Shown here: in pieces, positions 51,537 to 60,618 of the stretch | How positions within the stretch are numbered: the first letter of the stretch is position 1 | Layout: each line of letters begins with the position of its first letter | Virus record (IMG/VR): IMGVR_UViG_3300032665_000006 | Location: 1 to 64,000 of that record | Length of the DNA stretch: 64,000 bases | Origin: a virus | Strand: one strand, 5' to 3' | Notes under the pieces: generated by a model | What the model was told of the DNA's origin: nothing | Databases searched by the model: none | What the model saw: the letters and a program-made list of their open reading frames with translations, nothing else | Position numbers and translations under genes: made by a program

Positions 51537-52211
51537 ATGTATTATATATATTATCTAATTGACCCGCGTACTAGCCTTCCGTTTTATGTAGGAAAAGGCA
51601 AAGGTAATCGGGCATACGATCATTTAAACGGGCGCGACGCTGGCATTAACAAACGAAAAGATGCAAAGATTGCTAAAATTCGTAGACTTGGATTAGAACC
51701 AACTGTTGAATATCCGGTTACTAATATTATTGACGAGAATTTAGCATATCGACTCGAAGATGATCATATATTAATGTTTGGTCGTAAAGATTATGATGCT
51801 AACGGAATACTTACCAATATATGTATTAATGCTGTTTCGTCAGCAAAAATGCCAGAAGCAAGAGAAAAAAATCGACTTGCTCATTTAGGTAAAGTAACTA
51901 GTGAAAAAACTAAAGAAAAACAAAGTTTAACAGCATTATCCAAAGGTGATAATCACCAAGCAAAATCATCAGAAAGTCGGTTAAAGAGAAGTATTGCTAT
52001 GTTGGCTAAGGGTGAACAGCATCATAATAAAACACTCGAAGCTAGAGCAAAAATAACAGATTCTGCCGAAAAAACCCCAGTAATAGTAGAAGGAATTTTA
52101 TATCGTTCTCTAACTGAAGCGGCAAAATCATTAAAATTAGGCAAAAGTAAAATTTTTTATAGATTAAAAAGTCCTAATTTTCCTACATACAACTATGTTG
52201 AAAGAGCATAA
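51537..52211 (+). CDS. GIY-YIG homing endonuclease
   Basis: YYIYYLIDPR...FYVGKGKGNR..H, AYRLE, LTNI; C-terminal YRSLTEAAKSL HTH (NUMOD1-like). Confidence 0.88.
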   Translation: MYYIYYLIDPRTSLPFYVGKGKGNRAYDHLNGRDAGINKRKDAKIAKIRRLGLEPTVEYPVTNIIDENLAYRLEDDHILMFGRKDYDANGILTNICINAVSSAKMPEAREKNRLAHLGKVTSEKTKEKQSLTALSKGDNHQAKSSESRLKRSIAMLAKGEQHHNKTLEARAKITDSAEKTPVIVEGILYRSLTEAAKSLKLGKSKIFYRLKSPNFPTYNYVERA

Positions 52212-52262
52212 ATATGTATATATTAAATGGCCATAAATAATAAAAAGGACGGAGTAAACTAA

Positions 52263-53549
52263 ATGTCATATACAATTAATCTAACAAATGGTAATATTTT
52301 ATGTACCATTCCAGATGGAACTATCAATTCATCTGCTTGTTCACAAGTCTTAGTCGGCAAAAACTATGCTGGCTACGGTCAATTTCTGGATGACAATTTC
52401 GTACATTTGTTAGAAAATGCTGCTAACAGCACTCCGCCATCAGCCCCTTTAACAGGACAATTATGGTTTGATACTACAACTAGTGTTCTACAAGTTTATA
52501 ATGGCACAGGCTTTAAGTCATTAGGCGGCTCACAAGCATCTGGTACAGCTCCAACAAATAACTCCGTTGGCGATTTATGGTATAACTCCACAGCACAACA
52601 ATTAAATGTATGGACAGGTTCCGCATGGTTATTAGTTGGTCCAATTTATAATTCAACTACAGGTATTACTGGAGCTCTGCCAGCTACTATCCTTGATAAT
52701 ACAGCTACATCACACATTGTTGTAGAATTATATGTAAACAATACAATCGTCGGCTTTATTTCTGAAGATGCTTCCTTTACTCCACAAACAGCTATCCCAG
52801 GATTTACAACAATTCGTCCAGGTATTACACTTGCTACAAGTATTGGTTCACAAGTTCCTTTATTCCAAGGCACAGCATCTAACTCATTAAGTTTAAATGG
52901 TGTATCTGGTACTTCGTTTATGCGTACAGATGCTAATACATCTACTACAGGCACATTAACTGTACTTAATAACACAGGATTGGCAGTAGGCGCTAACAGT
53001 GATTTTAAAGTTAGTGTATCTGGCGTAAATGTTAATTTAACTAATTCTGATAACAACGGCAATATTAATTTTGTTGTTAATAAAGCAGGAACTCCATCAA
53101 CAGCGATGACAATTAATGGCGCTACTGGAATTGTCAGTGGTGCGTATGGTATTACAGCTAACTATGCTGACGTAGCAGAACGCTTTGAAGCTGATACAGC
53201 TTATGCGCCAGGCACAGTAGTTGAGCTTGGCGGATCTGCTGAAATTACAAAATCCAATACAGAACTAAGTGAATCTGTATTTGGTGTGATAAGTACAAAA
53301 GCAGCTTACTTAATGAATAATGGCGCAGGTGACGATATAACACATCCTCCAGTTGCTATGACAGGCCGTGTACCAGTTCAGGTTACGGGTGTTGTACAAA
53401 AGGGTGACCGTTTAGTTTCCGCAGGTAATGGTATGGCAAGAGCTGCTAAAGCAGGCGAAGCAACGGCATTTAATGTTATCGGCCGCTCACTCGTAGACAA
53501 ATTAGATTCCGGCATTGGTTCCGTTGAAGCTATTGTCACTATCAAATAA
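52263..53549 (+). CDS. Baseplate/tail-fibre connector-like structural protein
   Basis: LVGKNYAGYG, GQLWFD/GDLWYN repeats, C-terminal YADVAERF...PGTVV...GRVPV chaperone-like domain; two CATAAATA boxes upstream. Confidence 0.7.
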   Translation: MSYTINLTNGNILCTIPDGTINSSACSQVLVGKNYAGYGQFLDDNFVHLLENAANSTPPSAPLTGQLWFDTTTSVLQVYNGTGFKSLGGSQASGTAPTNNSVGDLWYNSTAQQLNVWTGSAWLLVGPIYNSTTGITGALPATILDNTATSHIVVELYVNNTIVGFISEDASFTPQTAIPGFTTIRPGITLATSIGSQVPLFQGTASNSLSLNGVSGTSFMRTDANTSTTGTLTVLNNTGLAVGANSDFKVSVSGVNVNLTNSDNNGNINFVVNKAGTPSTAMTINGATGIVSGAYGITANYADVAERFEADTAYAPGTVVELGGSAEITKSNTELSESVFGVISTKAAYLMNNGAGDDITHPPVAMTGRVPVQVTGVVQKGDRLVSAGNGMARAAKAGEATAFNVIGRSLVDKLDSGIGSVEAIVTIK

Positions 53550-53562
53550 TTAGGGAACAAGA

Positions 53563-54510
53563 ATGACGTATACAAGCGGCGGCTTAATTCAAGCATCAGA
53601 TTTTAATGGCTTTAGTACCGGTGTTAATGCCGTATGGAATACTTTGTATGGCCAAACAGCAGTAACTACTGTTTCGACAGCCGGCACAGTTACAGCTACT
53701 CAATGGGCTTCTTTGAATTCTACAATTAGTTCAGAAGCAAGTCATCAAGGTACATCAATTACATCAAGAACTAATCCTACAGCAGGTCAAGTTATTTCTG
53801 TATTATCAAATGTACAAACAGATATTAATAATTGTACAACAAATCAGTATAATGCGTCCACACAAGGTAGTCAATATACAGGTTGGACAGGTAATTCTAG
53901 TTTAACAAGTGGTAAAGGATCTGGTTCAGCAGCTTGGACAGCAACATTTACAGATACAATTACATTTAGTAGTGGGGCAGCGGCAAGTTATTTCTTTAAT
54001 GCTGGCGCTACTGTTAAAATTCAATTTAGTAAAACATCTACTGGTACAGTAGCAGACACAGAATGGAACAATTTCGTTAATACTGTTTGCGGCACAATTT
54101 ACTTGTCAAGTACAGGCGCAGCTAAAACAATTAATGGTGTAACATATACAGGAACTACAAAAATTGGTGGAACCGGAACTCCGTCTATTTTAACTACTGG
54201 TACAGGATTTGCTCAATTAACATCAACGCCGGTTGTAATTTACAAGCAATTTGATAGCGGTACAGCTTATTCAAGTAACTATGTTCAAGTTACTGCGGCA
54301 TTTAGTGGATCATCGTTAACATTAGTAACAACATGGTACGATAATGGTGATACCAATCCAGGTTCAACAGCACAAATTAGTGGCGGCACAGCAACAACTG
54401 GTATTACTTTTGGTACAGCAGGAGCAACAGTAGTAACATATTTCCCACCAGAAACAACTTATTTGACAAATACTTGGGGTACTCCATCAGTAGCTTCTAC
54501 CGCAGCATAA
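53563..54510 (+). CDS. Thr/Ser-rich virion structural protein
   Basis: MTYTSGGLIQASDFN, YFFNAGA; last gene before the terminator. Confidence 0.7.
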   Translation: MTYTSGGLIQASDFNGFSTGVNAVWNTLYGQTAVTTVSTAGTVTATQWASLNSTISSEASHQGTSITSRTNPTAGQVISVLSNVQTDINNCTTNQYNASTQGSQYTGWTGNSSLTSGKGSGSAAWTATFTDTITFSSGAAASYFFNAGATVKIQFSKTSTGTVADTEWNNFVNTVCGTIYLSSTGAAKTINGVTYTGTTKIGGTGTPSILTTGTGFAQLTSTPVVIYKQFDSGTAYSSNYVQVTAAFSGSSLTLVTTWYDNGDTNPGSTAQISGGTATTGITFGTAGATVVTYFPPETTYLTNTWGTPSVASTAA

Positions 54511-54540
54511 TGTTCGCCTAACGGCACTTTTAGTTTTACC

Positions 54541-54560
54541 AAAGGGACTTCGGTCCCTTT
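54541..54560 (+). terminator. Terminator with cUUCGg tetraloop
   Basis: AAAGGGAC-TTCG-GTCCCTTT; UUCG terminators are typical of T4. Confidence 0.85.
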
Positions 54561-54586
54561 ACTTTTACACCTTTCTGTAGTATAAT
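54558..54586 (+). promoter_or_regulatory. Sigma70-type promoter
   Basis: TTTACT-17 nt-TATAAT; ATG 54593 lies at the expected +1. Confidence 0.65.
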
Positions 54587-54592
54587 AACTGT

Positions 54593-54901
54593 ATGGATAC
54601 TGACAAATTAGTTGCTCACGGCCGTAGCCGTTTTGAACACGAAGCGGCCAAACGAACTCTCAAAGAAAAATATCAAGGTAAATTGATATTTGCTTATAAT
54701 GGCGGAATGTTTAAAGCTAGTCCCGAATTGATTGTATTTTTAAAATCTTGCGAAACAGAAATCGAAGTAGTGTTACTTGATTTATATGATAATCCAATCA
54801 AAGTTAATGTTCACGCATTAAAAATGCTGGCACAACAACGATATCGAGAACAAATGGATGCTTGGTTATTAGAGTACAACGAACTTAATAAAAATAGATG
54901 A
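54593..54901 (+). CDS. Hypothetical protein
   Basis: 102-aa ORF (YNGGMFKASPELI), ATGA-coupled to the next gene. Confidence 0.75.
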   Translation: MDTDKLVAHGRSRFEHEAAKRTLKEKYQGKLIFAYNGGMFKASPELIVFLKSCETEIEVVLLDLYDNPIKVNVHALKMLAQQRYREQMDAWLLEYNELNKNR

Positions 54902-55692
54902 CAACCGGCGTATTAATTTTTGCTTTTAATAATGAACATATAGATTATCTAGCTATGGCTAATTGGTCAGCAAAAAATATACGCAGACATTTAAATTTGC
55001 CAGTTGCGGTAGTGACTAATCAATTAGTTCCTAATAATTATTTCTTCGAACAAGTAATACAAGCTGCGCCCGAGGGTAACCATTCAAGAAAGTTTGATGA
55101 TCAAGAAGAAAATGTAACTTGGTATAATGGTAATCGAGCTGATGCTTATAATTTGTCGCCATGGTCGCAAACATTAGTATTAGATGCTGACTATGTAGTG
55201 GCAAGCGATGAATTAAAAAAAGTAATAGCAATGCCAGAAAACTTTATAGCGCACAAAACAGCATATGATATAGTTGACCAAGATAATTTTAGTGAACTTA
55301 ACAACTTCGGTAATTTTAATATGCCTATGTGGTGGGCGACAATAATGATGTTTCGTAGGTCTGCTGAAGCAAAAATGATTTTTGACTGTATGACTATGAT
55401 AAAAAATAATTGGCAACACTATAGAAATTTATATGGTATTGCTCGTTCAACATATCGTAATGATTTTGCGTTAAGCATTGCCTTAGGTATAGTAAATGGG
55501 CATACCCTTAATCATACAGATATTCCGTGGGGACTTGCGTCAGTAACTCCGGCACACAAATTAACACAATTAGAACAAGACAAATATCGTGTAGATTTTT
55601 TAACTAGTGATCAAAAACCACGCTATATAACTTTGTCACAGGACTTTCATGCTATGGGTAAAAAACATTTAGGAGACATTGTTGCTAGTTGA
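54898..55692 (+). CDS. Glycosyltransferase-like protein (GT-A fold)
   Basis: Hydrophobic strand plus DxD (TLVLDADY), YRNDFA, C-terminal FHAMGK. Confidence 0.7.
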   Translation: MTTGVLIFAFNNEHIDYLAMANWSAKNIRRHLNLPVAVVTNQLVPNNYFFEQVIQAAPEGNHSRKFDDQEENVTWYNGNRADAYNLSPWSQTLVLDADYVVASDELKKVIAMPENFIAHKTAYDIVDQDNFSELNNFGNFNMPMWWATIMMFRRSAEAKMIFDCMTMIKNNWQHYRNLYGIARSTYRNDFALSIALGIVNGHTLNHTDIPWGLASVTPAHKLTQLEQDKYRVDFLTSDQKPRYITLSQDFHAMGKKHLGDIVAS

Positions 55693-56401
55693 ACAAGGAT
55701 ATTTAATTCCGGCGATAGGCGAGGTATATGTTAAATGCGCCAATAAATTAAAGGATAGTATTTTACAGTGGCATCCCGATGTTAATATTACAATATTAAC
55801 AGAAGATATGTTACCGCATGGCAATCTTGGTGGCTTTGCCAATGACTGGCAATGTTACCAAGCAAGCCCGTATAAAAAAACAATTAAGTTGGAAGCAGAT
55901 ATGTGGTGCGCCAGCCCAATCGATCATTGGTGGGACTTGTTTGCTAATCGTGATGTGGTTATTAGTCAAGGTTGTAGAGATTTTTATGATCAACCTGGCA
56001 AGGCAAGAACATATCGTAAAATATTCGATAATAACAATTTGCCTGATGTGTATAATGCTATTACATATTGGGAAGTTAGTGACACAGCTGAAGAATTTTT
56101 TAGATTAGTGCGTGATATGTTTGAACATTGGGAAAGTTATAAACCTTTATTAAAATTTCCCGACGAAATACCTACCACTGATGTAGTATATGGAATGGCA
56201 GCCATTCTAATAGGGCCAGAGAATGTAACTTTACCTTCTGGTCCTACTATCGTTCATATGAAAAAACATATGATACCCATTGTATCAAATGATTGGAGTA
56301 AAGAGTTAATATTAGAACACACTAATCCAGGAGTTAGGATTAATACAGTAGCACAATGGGGTTTTGTACATTATCACATAAAGGATGTTGAAAATGAGTA
56401 A
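55679..56401 (+). CDS. Glycosyltransferase-like paralogue (GT-A fold)
   Basis: SPYKKTIKLEADM parallels SPWSQTLVLDADY; PTTDVV, VHYHIK. Confidence 0.65.
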   Translation: MLLVEQGYLIPAIGEVYVKCANKLKDSILQWHPDVNITILTEDMLPHGNLGGFANDWQCYQASPYKKTIKLEADMWCASPIDHWWDLFANRDVVISQGCRDFYDQPGKARTYRKIFDNNNLPDVYNAITYWEVSDTAEEFFRLVRDMFEHWESYKPLLKFPDEIPTTDVVYGMAAILIGPENVTLPSGPTIVHMKKHMIPIVSNDWSKELILEHTNPGVRINTVAQWGFVHYHIKDVENE

Positions 56402-56654
56402 AGACGAAGATAAATTTAAGCATAGCAAGCGTTTACAAAAAGTATGGAACGCAATTAGGAAACAATTAAAGATTGCTAAAGCGCACGGTAATCCCATCGA
56501 CGAACCGCACCGTTACGCTAAACATCATGCCATGGACTGTGGCCAGCCTGATTGTAATATGTGTCGCAATCCGCGATATAACGAAACAGTTAAAGGTAAA
56601 GATAAATTGACGGTACAAGAGCGCCGTAATAATCAAAAGAGTAACGATGACTGA
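56394..56654 (+). CDS. Small basic His/Cys-rich protein
   Basis: KHHAMDCGQPDCNMCRNPR, a putative zinc site; start may be 56385. Confidence 0.7.
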   Translation: MSKDEDKFKHSKRLQKVWNAIRKQLKIAKAHGNPIDEPHRYAKHHAMDCGQPDCNMCRNPRYNETVKGKDKLTVQERRNNQKSNDD

Positions 56655-56964
56655 AGACGAATTCTTTGCCGCGTTGGAGCCCGTCTCCCCAGTTGTTAAA
56701 ATACACAGGTTGTACTACGACGAGCAAGGAGCGCCATTATTTTTTAGTCAAGAAGATTTGCCTGGGAAATATATAGATATACCATGGGAAGTATATATTA
56801 ATCCACCTAAGCATTTTAAGGTAATTAATAACAGTATTGTACTTCTTGATACAGCAATAGTTAAAAAATTGTATCCTACCAAAGGCGGCACACCGTGTCA
56901 TCCGCAGGATATTAGTATTGTAGTTAAGAATACAGAACCAAATATTAAATGGAGTTTTCGTTGA
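56647..56964 (+). CDS. Hypothetical protein
   Basis: 105-aa ORF (RLYYDEQG), overlapping both neighbours. Confidence 0.7.
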   Translation: MTEDEFFAALEPVSPVVKIHRLYYDEQGAPLFFSQEDLPGKYIDIPWEVYINPPKHFKVINNSIVLLDTAIVKKLYPTKGGTPCHPQDISIVVKNTEPNIKWSFR

Positions 56965-57887
56965 ATCATATTGACATAGCAGAATTAGATTGTGTATATC
57001 TAAGTTACGATGAACCTAATAAAGAAGAAAATTGGGTAAAAATTAAAAATATGGTACCATGGGCTATGAGAGTAGATGGTATCAAAGGATCAGACGCCGC
57101 ACATAAGGCCGCGGCTGATGTCAGTCTTACGGATCGATTTATTTTAATTGACGGTGATAATATTCCCGATGATAACTTTTTTGATCTTTCTTTACGATTG
57201 GAAGAACGAGACGAAAATTGTGTATTTCGTTGGAGAGCCCGTAATCACATTAATGGACTTATGTATGGCAACGGTGGATTAAGTTGCTGGACTAAAGATT
57301 TTATTTACAATATGCGTACACACGAAGCAAGCGATGGCACAGCAGAAAATGATGTGGAGTTTTGTTTTTATCCTAATTATATTGCTATGTACGATTGTTA
57401 TAGTACAACATATCCCAACGCTACACCTTTCCAAGCATGGCGAGCAGGATTCCGCGAAGGCGTTAAGATGTGTCTTGACCGTGGCAGTAAACCTAATATT
57501 ACAGAATTTAAACAAAGAGTTAACAATCGTAATTTAGATCATTTAACAATATGGCAAAATGTTGGCAGAGATGTAGAAAATGGAATATGGTCTATACTTG
57601 GTGCTAGAATGGGTACCTATATGTTAATGATTAATCCTACTTGGGATTATAAAGAAGTTCAAAACTTTGATGCTCTTAAAGCAATATACGAAACTATCAA
57701 CGGGCATGATCCAGAACAAATCGCGGCAAGATTAGCGCCAGATTTAATGAATCAATTAGATTTGCCTATTGCTATGCTAGACGAAAATGCTAGTAAATTC
57801 TTTAAAAGTCACTATCGCAGTGACTGGCACAACAAAGGAATTATGGTTCGCGAGTTAGATGTTATTCGTAAACTCGAGGGGTGGTAA
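56949..57887 (+). CDS. Glycosyltransferase-like protein (GT-A fold)
   Basis: YLSYDEPN, AHKAAA, FILIDGDN (DxD), YGNGG, AWRAGFREGVK. Confidence 0.65.
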   Translation: MEFSLNHIDIAELDCVYLSYDEPNKEENWVKIKNMVPWAMRVDGIKGSDAAHKAAADVSLTDRFILIDGDNIPDDNFFDLSLRLEERDENCVFRWRARNHINGLMYGNGGLSCWTKDFIYNMRTHEASDGTAENDVEFCFYPNYIAMYDCYSTTYPNATPFQAWRAGFREGVKMCLDRGSKPNITEFKQRVNNRNLDHLTIWQNVGRDVENGIWSILGARMGTYMLMINPTWDYKEVQNFDALKAIYETINGHDPEQIAARLAPDLMNQLDLPIAMLDENASKFFKSHYRSDWHNKGIMVRELDVIRKLEGW

Positions 57888-58430
57888 TCATTTAATACCG
57901 ATTACCATGTATCTAGTAAACTTCCATTCAGGATATACAAATCGTAACTCGCCTTGATACATAATTTCTGAAAGTGGATAGTGTGCGACAAAATCATCGA
58001 TAGTAGCAGAGTGTACCACATGATCATCGTGCGGCATATTGTTGCCTTGTAATATAACTCTTGTGCCGTTTGGAATATTGTTAAACCAATCCATAGTTTC
58101 AAAATGTTCAGTACTAGTGTTAATGATTAAATCTGGATTACCAGGTAATACTTGATTACAGTCTCCGGTTTGGGCTTTAAACTGCCATTCTTTAATTACC
58201 CAATTTTCGTTAATCATATCAGCAATAGATTCGCAAGTAGGATCTAAATCATAACTTTCAATACGGTCCACTCTAAAGTTTTGTCTGCTTAATAATAAAA
58301 ACCCAAGTATACCGTACCAACCGCCGTATACGCGAGTTAGTTTACTATGCCATCCGATAGATTCTAATTCCTGGCATAGCCAAAGTTTACTATCAACTTG
58401 TCCATTCGAAAAAGCATCTTTGTTAATCAT
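57888..58430 (-). CDS. Class I SAM-dependent methyltransferase-like protein
   Basis: VYGGWYG motif I, IESYDLD motif II, IINTSTEH. Confidence 0.75.
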   Translation of the reverse strand: MINKDAFSNGQVDSKLWLCQELESIGWHSKLTRVYGGWYGILGFLLLSRQNFRVDRIESYDLDPTCESIADMINENWVIKEWQFKAQTGDCNQVLPGNPDLIINTSTEHFETMDWFNNIPNGTRVILQGNNMPHDDHVVHSATIDDFVAHYPLSEIMYQGELRFVYPEWKFTRYMVIGIK

Positions 58431-59560
58431 ATGTTTTCCTGTTTTGGAAGCATTGATGCTAAATTACCTAACCATAACCATGGATGTCTAAAAATAGGAT
58501 CTTTCAATATATCTAATAACTCTTGATGATGCGGATGATCCACTTGCCATACAGCCATAGATTTAAATTGTTCGTCGGTCATATGACCCCATTGTGCTAT
58601 ACAAGTAATGTTTATTTCGTGTTTAGATTTATATGATGTTTCGTATTCGACAAATTGTTTTAGTTCTTTAAAGTTATCTTCTTGAACTATAAAATTATTT
58701 TGCCAATGGATTAAATTAGGAAATTTTTTATTGAATACTAACTCATCAAGGTCTTCTAAATTTTTTATTAATTTTTTAAAAATACCATTTTTTCTTACTT
58801 TGCTGTATGTTTCTTCTGTAGCAGCATCTATGCTAACATCTAGATAAGAAATATGTTTTAACAACGGTTCTATTTCCATCCATCTTTCTTTGGTCATTAG
58901 TAAGCCGTTGGTTTTTAAGTTTATTCTAAGATTTTCTGGAATAGGATTATTTGCTAATTCGCAAAGATAATCCCAATAAAATACACTTGCGAACGCATCT
59001 CCTGATGAAGTTATGCCTATAGTAACTAGCTGATCATGATGTATTTCAAGTAATCTATTAACTAATGCTTTTGTTTTTTCATGAATCGTACCGATACGAT
59101 TACTTTCGTATGTATTATCTTTTGGATTCCAATATATAAACTCATTACGACAGCTAGGACATTGTAAATTACAGCTTTGGTCATAATTTAACCCAATATG
59201 TACTAATGTAGATTGTTTGAGTCTTGTTTCTAATTCGTTGCTGGGCACAATCCAATGATTTCGTTTGACACCAGATGTTAGTATTAAATTTAATTCAGGA
59301 CATTGGTCATTACAATAATCAAACTTGCTTTGCTTCATGCCTTCTTGTATTTTCAATCTTGTGGGATTGTTAATAATTTCATCAGCAGAATCAGTAAGAA
59401 CATTGCCAACAATTTCGGGTAACCAAGTACAACAACAAGCACTTACATCACCGTTTCCTAAAATATCATAAAATCCAAAAGGTGTTTTACAAGATAGATT
59501 AGCAAGTTTGGTACTAACATCTCGATAAAAACTTACAGGTTTGATTACAAAATTTACCAT
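58427..59560 (-). CDS. Radical SAM enzyme with N-terminal SPASM/twitch-like Cys cluster
   Basis: CNLQCPSC, SSGDAF, KTNG, VSIDAA; N-terminal C..PF...GDVSACC; start 59560 or 59581. Confidence 0.88.
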   Translation of the reverse strand: MVNFVIKPVSFYRDVSTKLANLSCKTPFGFYDILGNGDVSACCCTWLPEIVGNVLTDSADEIINNPTRLKIQEGMKQSKFDYCNDQCPELNLILTSGVKRNHWIVPSNELETRLKQSTLVHIGLNYDQSCNLQCPSCRNEFIYWNPKDNTYESNRIGTIHEKTKALVNRLLEIHHDQLVTIGITSSGDAFASVFYWDYLCELANNPIPENLRINLKTNGLLMTKERWMEIEPLLKHISYLDVSIDAATEETYSKVRKNGIFKKLIKNLEDLDELVFNKKFPNLIHWQNNFIVQEDNFKELKQFVEYETSYKSKHEINITCIAQWGHMTDEQFKSMAVWQVDHPHHQELLDILKDPIFRHPWLWLGNLASMLPKQENI

Positions 59561-59661
59561 TAGATACATACTTATTAGCATAAATAAGTGTTCAAATAAA
59601 AGTTTATTTGTTTACTCCCCCATCCGTAGTACAATAAATATCATCTCCCCTTAGGACTCTC

Positions 59662-60618
59662 ATGAAGAAAAAATATTATAAATTAGTTCACGCTAAAGAA
59701 ACGAATACTGATTGGTTTGTAGTTAATTGGTGTTTGGGCAATACTTGTAATTTTAGTTGTAGCTACTGTCCAGAAAATTTACATAATGGAACAAATCCAT
59801 GGCCTACTCCGGATACTATCAAAAATTTTATTTCAAAAGTTAAAGCAACACACCCTAACAAAAAATTATATTTTGAATTTACTGGCGGTGAAGTTACATT
59901 GTATAAACATTTTATCGAGATTTGCCAATATTGTACAGAGCAAGGTGTTAAAGTAGGATTAATCTCTAATGGATCAAGAACATTGCGTTATTGGAAAGAA
60001 AACAAACAATATTTTGATCATATATGTTTAAGTTTTCACCCAGAATTCGGCGATGCTGATCACTTTATCGAAGTGGTTAAGGAATTAAATAATGATGTAA
60101 GAACTCATGTTAATATTATGATGAGTCCAGAAAAGTTTGACTATTGCTATGATATAGCGGACAAGATAAAAGATCTTGGAAATATTTCAATGGCGCTTCA
60201 GCCATTAATACATGACTTTGGCGAAGTATTATATGATTATACTCCTGAACAAAAACAAATTATCGATAATCAACATGAATTAATTAGCAAATATATAAAA
60301 TTTACTAAAGAGTTTGAATACTATCGCGGCGCTATGAAAATGTTATATGCCAATGATACTTCTTTGGCAGTTAGTGCTCATCGTTTTATTAATGAAAAAG
60401 CTAATGATTGGTCTGGGTGGGATTGTTATGCGGGAGTAGAACAGTTAATCGTGGATCAACGAGGGGCTATATTCCGTGGGTGGTGTAAAGAAGGCGACTT
60501 GGTAGGCAACATTGCTGATCCAAATTTAAATTTACCCACAGATCCGGTGCGTTGTACTAAATCAATGTGCCATTGTAATTTTGATATCATGAGCACAAAG
60601 GAATATCCAGGTGAGTAA
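59662..60618 (+). CDS. Radical SAM enzyme with C-terminal twitch/SPASM
   Basis: CNFSCSYC, TGGEVT, ISNGS; C-terminal CYAG...GWC...CTKSMCHC. Confidence 0.9.
   Translation: MKKKYYKLVHAKETNTDWFVVNWCLGNTCNFSCSYCPENLHNGTNPWPTPDTIKNFISKVKATHPNKKLYFEFTGGEVTLYKHFIEICQYCTEQGVKVGLISNGSRTLRYWKENKQYFDHICLSFHPEFGDADHFIEVVKELNNDVRTHVNIMMSPEKFDYCYDIADKIKDLGNISMALQPLIHDFGEVLYDYTPEQKQIIDNQHELISKYIKFTKEFEYYRGAMKMLYANDTSLAVSAHRFINEKANDWSGWDCYAGVEQLIVDQRGAIFRGWCKEGDLVGNIADPNLNLPTDPVRCTKSMCHCNFDIMSTKEYPGE

Noticed and set aside
4831-52211. Introns or inteins housing the endonucleases
   Set aside because: All four endonucleases are free-standing between intact genes; no intein-like insert seen in gp20, gp46 or gp47
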